In this document: positions 1 to 7,009 of the stretch, piece after piece
Layout of the letters: each line of letters opens with the position of its first letter
How positions within the stretch are numbered: position 1 is the stretch's first letter
DNA from: Savitreella phatthalungensis
Lineage: Eukaryota
Direction of reading: 5' to 3'
Assembly: GCA_051599415.1 (NCBI GenBank)
Contig: AP039708.1
Span: 1-64,000 of the forward strand
Length of the DNA: 64,000 bases
The notes under the pieces: generated by a model
What the model was told of the DNA's origin: nothing
The model's database searches: none
What the model saw: the letters and a program-made list of their open reading frames with translations, nothing else
Translations under genes and position numbers: made by a program

Positions 1-60
1 GTACTCGTTCAGTTACGTATTGCTAAGGTTAAGACTACTTTCTGCCTTTGCGAGAACAGC
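1..60 (+). other. Sequencing artefact: Oxford Nanopore ligation adapter end + native barcode flank + barcode (NB06-like)
   Basis: 1-24 GTACT(T)CGTTCAGTTACGTATTGCT is the ONT adapter end. 25-32 AAGGTTAA is the flank. 33-56 GACTACTTTCTGCCTTTGCGAGAA is the barcode as I recall NB06. 57-60 CAGC starts the CAGCACCT flank. It lies distal to the telomere. Confidence 0.93.
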
Positions 61-183
61 TAACCCTAACCCTAACCCTAACCCTAACCCTAACCCTAAC
101 CCTAACCCTAACCCTAACCCTAACCCTAACCCTAACCCTAACCCTAACCCTAACCCTAACCCTAACCCTAACCCTAACCCTAA
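61..183 (+). repeat. Telomeric repeat array (TAACCC)n, about 20.5 units; left chromosome end
   Basis: Perfect TAACCC tandem array at the contig start, C-rich strand on +. Confidence 0.98.
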
Positions 184-202
184 GACAGGTTCTTGACAAC
201 TG

Positions 203-282
203 CCTAGTACCACTACCTCCTAGTACTACTACCTCCTGGTACTACTACCACCTAGTACTACTACGACCTAGTACCACTACAA
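203..282 (+). repeat. Telomere-adjacent 16-bp tandem repeat CCTAGTACYACTACNN x5
   Basis: Units start at 203, 219, 235, 251 and 267; degenerate CTAGTAC/CCACC-rich sequence continues to about 500. Confidence 0.85.
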
Positions 283-565
283 CCTACTGCTGGTACGACC
301 TAGTAGGTGCGAAAAATGATCGACTCGGCGACGACCTGGCGCCACCACCTAGAACCACCTAGTGCGACCTGGCACGGCCTATTACTAGTACCACCACCTG
401 GCACCACGACAACCTACTAGTACCACCACCTACTAGTACGACCTGGCACTGTAGAGTACTGCCACGAGTACTGCCACTTGGCAATACCTAGCACTGACTG
501 CGACCGAGGTCGACCTGGACCTGGTCACGTGACGGCACAAATCACGTGGAGGTGCCATTAGCGAG

Positions 566-636
566 TCATCTTATCTCATCTTATCTTCTATCTCATCTTA
601 TCTCCTATCTTATCTCATCTTATCTCCTCTCATCTT
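566..636 (+). repeat. (TCATCTTATC)n-type microsatellite; second, longer copy at 2154-2247
   Basis: Direct inspection; tandem GATAAG motifs on the minus strand. Confidence 0.85.
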
Positions 637-768
637 TGACTGGCTATATCTTCTGATCCAGATGTCGAATGATCACGAGACTAGTCTCATCATGACGCCA
701 TTGATCAACTCTATAAAAAACATTTTCACATGTACGATGGTTTTTCACTGTCTGAATTAGATTTGGTT

Positions 769-774
769 TATATA
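769..774 (+). promoter_or_regulatory. TATA element (TATATA) 30 nt upstream of the putative Pol III RNA start
   Basis: TATATA starts 30 nt before G799; same spacing in copy 2 (2421 vs G2451) although the surrounding bases differ. Confidence 0.6.
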
Positions 775-798
775 TTGTGTTTGCCACGTGCTCACAAT

Positions 799-1061
799 GC
801 AAGGCCCTTGGTCTCGTGGCACAGTGGTTTGGCCTCCACTGAGCTACTGAGTCACGAGCTTTGTGCATGGAGGGTAAATGAAGGTCTGGCAGAATTTGAA
901 CTTTGAGGTCTCAAGTTCAAATCCTGCTTGGAGCAACAATTAACTGCCAATAAGCTCTAGGCAGTCAGGGAGCAAGAGCGCTCTCAGGGGCTTTCCCTCC
1001 ATGCACGAGGTCAGAACATTTCTCTGAGTGTTCTGATACAGGGGGTTTTGCCAAATTTTTT
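799..1061 (+). ncRNA. Putative Pol III-transcribed structured ncRNA or tRNA-promoter SINE-like element, copy 1 (family not recognised)
   Basis: A box TGGCACAGTGG 817-827, B box GTTCAAATCC 915-924, T6 at 1056-1061. Closing stem 799-810/1039-1051, hairpin 813-858, 16-bp stem 859-874/995-1010, hairpins 888-928, 943-965, 968-985 and 1011-1036. Confidence 0.62.
1056..1061 (+). terminator. Oligo-T (T6) putative Pol III terminator
   Basis: TTTTTT begins 5 nt after the end of the closing stem; conserved in copy 2 (2699-2704). Confidence 0.55.
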
Positions 1062-1098
1062 CACATTCAGGCACAGAGAGATGCAGAGAAGGCAGTCA

Positions 1099-1187
1099 AA
1101 TGCATAGAATGCAGCGGAATGCAGGGAATGTAGGGGATGCAGGGGATGCAGGGAATGCAGGGAATGCAGGGAATGTAGGGAATGCAG
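1099..1187 (+). repeat. 9-bp GGGAATGCA minisatellite (shorter copy at about 2726-2797)
   Basis: Seven G3/G4 runs at 9-nt period, 1124-1180. Confidence 0.9.
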
Positions 1188-1786
1188 TTTGGTTTTGCAG
1201 TTTGGTTTTTGCAATTTGGTTTTTACAGGTTGGTTTTACAGTTTGGTTTTACAGTTTGGTTTTGCAGTTTGGTTTTACAGTTTGGTTTTACAGTTTGGTT
1301 TCGCAGTTTGGTTCTTGCAGTTTGGTTCTACAGTTTGGTTTTACAGTTTGGTTTTGCAGTTTGGTTTTGCAGTTTGGTTCTTGCAGTTTGGTTCTACAGT
1401 TTGGTTTTTGCAGTTTGGTTCTTGCAGTCTTGGATGCAGTTTGGTTTTACAGATTGGTTTCGCAGTTTGGTTCTTGCACTTTGGTTTTTACAGTTTGGTT
1501 TTACAGTTTGGTTTTTGCAGTTTGGTTTTTGCAGTTTGGTTTTTGCAGTTTGGTTCTTGCAGTCTTGGATGCAGTTTGGTTTTACAGTTTGGTTTTGCAG
1601 TTTGGTTCTTGCAGTTTGGTTTTTACAGTTTGGTTTTTACAGTTTGGTTTTGCAGTTTGGTTTTACAGTTTGGTTCACGGCTGCAGTTTGGATTTTGCAG
1701 TTTGGTTTTACAGTTTGGTTTTACAGTTTGGTTTTACAGTTTGGTTTTTACAGTTTGGTTTTGCAGTTTGGTTTTACAGTTTGGTT
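1184..1786 (+). repeat. 13-14 bp satellite (R)CAGTTTGGTTTT(T), copy 1
   Basis: Dozens of tandem variants (TTTT, TTTTT, TTCTT, TTTC); the overlapping FGF/VWF ORFs are artefacts of this repeat. Confidence 0.95.
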
Positions 1787-1788
1787 CG

Positions 1789-1849
1789 TCCCTAACTGTT
1801 GACTTACAGTTAGGGATGCCATGCAGTGTTTCATCCCTAACTTCATGGC
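1789..1849. other. Conserved inverted-repeat module containing telomere hexamers (CCCTAAC / GTTAGGG / CCCTAAC)
   Basis: TCCCTAACTGT 1789-1799 pairs with ACAGTTAGGGA 1806-1816; AGTTAGGGATG 1808-1818 pairs with CATCCCTAACT 1832-1842. Further copies start at 3220 and 4565. Confidence 0.8.
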
Positions 1850-2450
1850 TATAATCTGGCGCTGCTGAAAACAGTTTGGGATTTTTGAACGGAATATATA
1901 TAGGTGCGAAAATAGATCGACTCGGCGACGACCTAGCACCACCACCTAGTACTACCTAGCGCGACCTGGCACGGCCTATTACTAGTACCACCACCAGGCA
2001 CCACTACGACCTACTACTAGTACCACCTGCTGCTAGTACGACCTGGCACTGCAGAGTTCTGCCACCCGGCACTACCTAGCACCGACAGCGACCGCGGCCG
2101 ACCTGTACCTGGTCACGTGACTGCGAAGAACACGTGTGGGTGCCATTGGCTAGTCATCTTATCTCATCTTATCTCCTATCTTATCTTATCTCCTATCTCA
2201 TCTCATCACCTATCTCATCTCATCTTATCTTCTATCTCATCTTATCTATGCCTCTATGTGTGCGCCCCATGACATCATTGTGTGTCCACTTTGACTGGCT
2301 ATATCTTTTGATCCAGATGTCAGATGATCACAAGACTAGTCTCATCATGACGCCATTGATTGACTCTATAAAAAACATTTTCACATGTACAATGGTTTTT
2401 TATGTGAATAAGATTGGGTTTATATACTGAGCTTGCCACGTGCTTACAAT

Positions 2451-2704
2451 GCAAGGCCCTTGGTCTCGTGGCACAGTGGTTTGGCCCCCACTGAGCTACT
2501 GAGTCACGAGCTTTGTGCATGGAGGGTAGATGCAGGTCTGGCAGGGTTTGAGGTCTTGGGTTCAAATCCTGCTTGGAGCAACAATTAACTGCCAATAAGC
2601 TCTAGGCAGTCAGGGAGCAAGAGCGCTCTCAGGGGCTTTCCCTCCATGCACGAGGTCAGAACATCACTGTGTGTTCTGATACGGGGGGTTTTGCCAAATT
2701 TTTT
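2451..2704 (+). ncRNA. Putative Pol III structured ncRNA or SINE-like element, copy 2
   Basis: TATA 2421-2426, A box 2469-2479, canonical B box GGTTCAAATCC 2559-2569, T6 2699-2704; the stems of copy 1 are retained. Confidence 0.62.
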
Positions 2705-2793
2705 CACATTCAGGTACCTTGCAGAGAATGCATAGAAAGCAGCGGAATGCAGGGAATGCAGGGAATGTAGGGAATGCAGAGAATGCAGAGAAT

Positions 2794-3218
2794 GCAGTTT
2801 GGTTTTTGCAATTTGGTTTTTACAGTTTGGTTTTACAGTTTGGTTTTGCAGTTTGGTCTTACAGTTTGGTTTCGCAGTTTGGTTCTTGCAGTTTGGTTTT
2901 ACAGTTTGGTTTTTGCAGTTTGGTTTTTGCAGTTTGGTTTTTGCAGTTTGTTTTTTGCAGTTTGGTTTGCAGTTAGGTTCACGGCTACAGTTCGGGATGC
3001 AGTTAGGTTCAAATTTGTTGAGCACTGCAGTTTGGTTCTGCAGTTTGGTTTTTGCAGTTTGGTTTTTGCAGTTTGGTTTTTGCAGTTTGGTTTTTGCAGT
3101 TTGGTTTTTGCAGTTTGGTTTGCAGTTAGGTTCACCGCTGCAGTTTGGTTTTGCAGTTTGGTTCTTGCAGTTTGGTTTTTACAGTTTGGTTTTACAGTTT
3201 GGTTTTACAGTTTGGTTT
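2794..3218 (+). repeat. CAGTTTGGTTTT satellite, copy 2
   Basis: Tandem 13-14mers including CAGTTAGGTTC variants. Confidence 0.95.
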
Positions 3219-3404
3219 GTCCCTAACTGTTGGCTTACAGTTAGGGATGCCATGCAGTGTTTCATCCCTAACTTCATGGCTATAATCTGGCGCTGCTGAA
3301 AACAGTTTGGGATTTTTGAACGGAATATATATAGGTGTCTGTGCCTGTCTGTGCTCCTTGTATGCCTCATTCAACTATTTAGTCCGTGCTTTATTGACTG
3401 TGAT

Positions 3405-3590
3405 GGCTGCTACTGCTACCTCACAGACTACTTCCTCCATCATCTTCACTAATTCCAATACTGCCACTACAACAGCTACTGCTGCATTCACTGCTGCTGC
3501 CGTTACTACTGCTGTTACTACTGCTGCCACTGCTGCTGCTACTACTGCTGCTACTACCATGACCACCACTGCTGCTGCTACTGCTGCTGG
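3405..3590 (+). repeat. Degenerate (GCT/ACT)n trinucleotide low-complexity tract
   Basis: ACTGCTGCT-type repeats; translate as Ala/Thr runs. Confidence 0.75.
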
Positions 3591-3603
3591 CGGGCATACT
3601 ACA

Positions 3604-4679
3604 GATTTGTTGAGCGCTGCAGTTTGGTTCTTGCAGTTTGGTTCTTGCAGGTTGGTTTTACAGTTTGGTTTTGCAGTTGGGCGTATCTATGGACACGGCA
3701 TAATTTGCTATGGGCACGGCAGATTTTCTAATTTCACCAAAAGATCATAGCAAATTACTATGCATAACGTATTTTGATAAAAACACCAACGTTCGACGAT
3801 TGTGTGTCAGTCAACCTGATGAATGTTTTCCATGACTGAAGTACCTGACTGGATTGGTTTCACTGTTCAAAATGGCTTGGATTGCGCCTGACTGAAGTTG
3901 AGTTAGTATGTCTGTCAGGCAGGCGACAGTTTGAGGGGCGTGGCCGGCCTCTGGGATGTGTGGCCATTTCGCTTGAAGTTGCCATCTGGCTGCATTGCAT
4001 GTAGAATTCATGCTGTGCTTTCAGCATGAATGCTTTCTGAGCTTCTGTCTTGTAGCGGTACACTGTACATGTCAGCCTCAAACATTGATCAGCCCTACTA
4101 TTATTGCTGCAGTGCAATGTATCAATGTTGCTTCTCTCCAAGTGTCTTTGTGGCAAACCATGTCGAGCACATGCCAATTTTGAGTACTTGTCCTTCTTTG
4201 AGTCTTGCACCACAAGGAGGAAACTTGCAGCTTTGCAAATACAGAACATGCAGCCTTGAGCTCTGTGAGACTGTCCCAGAGGGTGGATTGTAGGCCTTCC
4301 ATGTTGTCTTTGTTGGTGTCAGTGATGGTGGACCGTAAAGTGTCAATATCTGTTATATGTCCTTATAAAATCATCCTTGAGATGGTCCTTCAATCTTTGC
4401 AATTGACTGTGCATCCGAATTCAATTACAGGAGAATTTGCTACATACACCAAATGCCGTGTCCGTGATAAAATCTGCCGTGTCCATAGATGCGCCCTTTG
4501 CAGTTTGGTTTTACAGTTTGGTCTCACAGTTTGGTCTCACAGTTTGGTTTTGCAGTTAGGTTTGTCCCTAACTGTTGACTCACAGTTAGGGATGCCATGC
4601 AGTGTTTCATCCCTGACTTCATGGCTATAATCTGGCGCCGCTGAAAACAGTTTGGTATTTTTGAACGAAATATATGTAG
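3604..4679 (+). repeat. Partial third subtelomeric unit (satellite + CCCTAAC hairpin tail) interrupted by a DNA transposon
   Basis: Satellite at 3619-3678 and 4497-4563; tail 4564-4679 matches 1788-1900. Confidence 0.85.
3679..4496 (-). mobile_element. Non-autonomous Mutator-like (MULE) DNA transposon remnant, 818 bp
   Basis: About 43-bp imperfect TIRs GGGCGYATCTATGGACACGGCA.. at 3679-3721 and 4454-4496; 9-bp TSD TTTGCAGTT at 3670-3678 and 4497-4505. Broken minus-strand frames (KAASFLLVVQDSKKDKYSKLACARHG; RWQL) resemble a FAR1-type N-terminal domain; no DDE domain seen. Confidence 0.8.
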
Positions 4680-4872
4680 AGTTGTGGTATGTATCAGTTA
4701 TTTTCGCCGTCACTGCCTAGACCGTCTCTTGTCCTCCCTCCATGCCCATCGTACTTGTTCATATCTCACCGTGTTCGTCGGTGTACTTTGTCCGTGTCCT
4801 CCTGTGTCGTCTGATTCGTGTCCGTGTCGCTTCGTCCGGCGCTCTTGGGTCCTGAGGCCGTCCTCCACAACA
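4680..4872. mobile_element. Solo LTR (about 193 bp)
   Basis: Ends (A)GTTGTGG...CCACAACA form a terminal inverted repeat; flanks TGTAG/TTTAG fit a decayed 5-bp TSD; homologous to 6565-6763. Confidence 0.72.
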
Positions 4873-5943
4873 TTTAGGTTCTTGCGTGCTTTACTTTGTA
4901 TAGTGCTGGCGCAATAGCTGCTTGTCATCAATTGGCAGCCATCCCTGGCAGATCTGTTTGACTTTGTTGGATCGCACTCCTCGATTCGAACATGCCCCAT
5001 ACATCACAAGAATCGCATCGTGACCGCACATCGCAACTCGTGTCATCTTTGGCCTTGTGATTTCCTGACTAAGCGTGACTTTCGATGCTCTCAGTGACCT
5101 CTAAACCATTCTACTCGTGTGATTTGGCTGGAACCGGGTCTCTTGATCCATCGCTCTCATTCTTCACAGAGACTTTGATTCGATGACCGACATGACCGTC
5201 TCATATCCGCATCCTGCTGCGGGCTTGAAGCGTTTTCGATGAATTACTAGCAATTTCTGACGACCAGACATTGAATGACACAGAAAATTGAAACTTTCCG
5301 GCAACCAAATCACCGGGATCACGAAATTCACTCAAACCTTGTCATCTTTCATCTCGTATATGCTGACACAGAACTACAAAGACGCTGAAATCGATATCGC
5401 AGAGTCCTGAGCGTCTCGATGCGAGCGGTGGGCCTGTTCTGCTGACGCGTTGCGGTTCGAGCGAACGTATTGTAAAGCCTCACTGTTCGATCACAGTTGT
5501 GCCGATGCAAGCCGCTCTTGCGGCCCCTGACAATCTACCAAGCCGCTCTCTCCGTCCGTATGTACACGAAAGTGCACATCGTTCCCTCGCACTTCACCAC
5601 CACTACGTCTCAAAAGGTGATGATCTTCGGGTGTATCAGACGGTCGAGAGACCTGCGAATTGACATGCTTTGTACTTCGACACCTCGTACATTGTTTTTA
5701 TATGGCATTTTTTCCACTTTTTTGTAAGCTTTGTCAAACAGCCATGTAAAAAATGTCAACACATGTGTGGATTATCAAGCAGTTCATCATCTGTTGATCA
5801 GTCACGCGTCCAAATGAATGTCAGCCCGTGAACCTTGCTATCAATGGTTTTCGTGCTTTTCCGCACATTCTGCCTGTTTCGCAGTCCTCTGGAACTTTCT
5901 TGTCCTTTTGTGTAGTCTAAACAACACCCATCCCTTTCTACTT

Positions 5944-5978
5944 GTCGCTCTCGGGTCCTGCAATCGTCCTTCGCGACG
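5944..5978. mobile_element. Fragment matching the right end of the same LTR family
   Basis: GTCGCTCTCGGGTCCTGC..CGTCCT.CGCGAC matches 6729-6762. Confidence 0.55.
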
Positions 5979-6564
5979 CTGCCGCCATCTGGCGGTGTCA
6001 TGGCGGATTCATGTGAATTTTTCGATGTGTCTGCACCGAAGTCGTCAGGTGCGTTGTGTGTGAGACCGAGCTGACGATATGCGCAGCGCATTGTCATCAC
6101 ATTTCGAAGAAAGTGGCGAGCGAATCGCTTCGGTAAGATAATTGAGCAGCACACTGCACTGGAAATGCACTTTTCGTTCCAGCAAATGCCTCTGCAGGTC
6201 TCTATTGCCTCTACTTGTCTCGACTCGAGTCACATCCTAGTTCACTGAAGATCATGTGGAAGTTCGAACACAAACTGTTGCAACTGGTCAAACACCGAGC
6301 GAGCTTGTCTAGCGTGTGTTCAAACCGAGCACGGATATATGTCGCGGCCGGTCGATGGCCCAGGTCGATTGTATACGGTTTGTACACGACGCCGTCACTT
6401 CCGCAATCACTCGGTCTACGTATGACAAGATAGTAGCCCCGTATGGAGCTGTCAAATAGTATCGTTCTGTTCTAGGTCCTGGTGTTGGTGATATCTGGCA
6501 CGCCGTCTCCGTACGGCGTGTCGCGTCCTCTTGTACTTCCCCTACCAACCTGCCACGTCAGCAG

Positions 6565-6763
6565 GGTTGTGGTATGTATCAGATATAGCATGGTCGGTGC
6601 CATCGTCTAAGCCATCTCTCATAGTCCCTCCGTGTCTGTTCGTGCTCGTTCGTGTCTCTCCGTGTTCCTCGGTGACCTCCGTCTGTGTCCTCCTGTGTCG
6701 TCTGTCTCGTGTCCGTGTCGCTTCGTCCGTCGCTCTCGGGTCCTGCGGCCGTCCTCCGCGACA
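6565..6763. mobile_element. Diverged second LTR copy (about 199 bp)
   Basis: GTTGTGGTATGTATCAG start shared with 4681; GTGTCCTCCTGTGTCGTCTG and CGTGTCCGTGTCGCTTCGTCCG blocks shared; ends CCGCGACA. No TSD evident. Confidence 0.7.
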
Positions 6764-7009
6764 ATATAAGTCAAGCTGGACATGATGCATTGCTAGAACA
6801 CATACTCGAGCGCCCCATTGTGGCACAAATGGCCAGAGCACTTAACATTGCATCTGCCGAAGCACACTGACATATCGCAATGATGTCTTTCGACTCTATT
6901 TACTGATCTAAACGCCGTGCGAGGTTGAAGTGCTCTACTGCCCTGACCATCGAGTGCATATCCCTACACTGCGGTATCGATGCCGCCATTGATGCATCAG
7001 TGTCCGAGG

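Larger units (their letters stand above)
304..1900 (+). repeat. Subtelomeric modular repeat unit, copy 1 (about 1.6 kb)
   Basis: Starts TAGGTGCGAAAA..GATCGACTCGGCGACGACC and is collinear with 1901-3331: CTAG-rich block, TCATCTTATC microsatellite, structured-RNA cassette, GGGAATGCA repeat, CAGTTTGGTTTT satellite, CCCTAAC hairpin tail. Confidence 0.92.
1901..3331 (+). repeat. Subtelomeric modular repeat unit, copy 2 (about 1.43 kb), head-to-tail with copy 1
   Basis: Same module order as 304-1900; ends GGAATATATA|TAGGTG, like the copy 1/copy 2 junction. Confidence 0.92.

Noticed and set aside
810..935. Intron-containing tRNA gene
   Set aside because: A and B boxes are present, but the acceptor, D and T stems do not pair as a cloverleaf; both boxes lie inside longer alternative hairpins.
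799..1061. SRP RNA, RNase P/MRP, telomerase RNA or hammerhead/HDV ribozyme identity
   Set aside because: Size and Pol III layout resemble fission-yeast SRP RNA, but I found no GCTGTAATGGC Alu start or helix-8 GNRA motif, no P4 CR-I/CR-V pair, no CCCTAA template and no CUGANGA/GAAA core. An Rfam search is still needed.
1184..1786. CRISPR-like array
   Set aside because: Contiguous 13-14 bp units without unique spacers, in a eukaryotic context.
13..3299. Many ORFs in the telomere and satellites (LGLG, LTLT, FGF/VWF, KPNC repeats)
   Set aside because: They are translations of stop-free tandem repeats, open in several frames at once, with no protein-like complexity.
3307..3750. Thr/Ala-rich adhesin-like ORF
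   Set aside because: No signal peptide; it derives from a trinucleotide tract and runs into satellite and transposon TIR sequence.
4680..6763. Single full-length LTR retrotransposon or TRIM bounded by the two LTR copies
   Set aside because: The LTRs are quite diverged, the first has its own TSD-like flanks, and no shared TSD, PBS, PPT or gag/pol remnants were seen.
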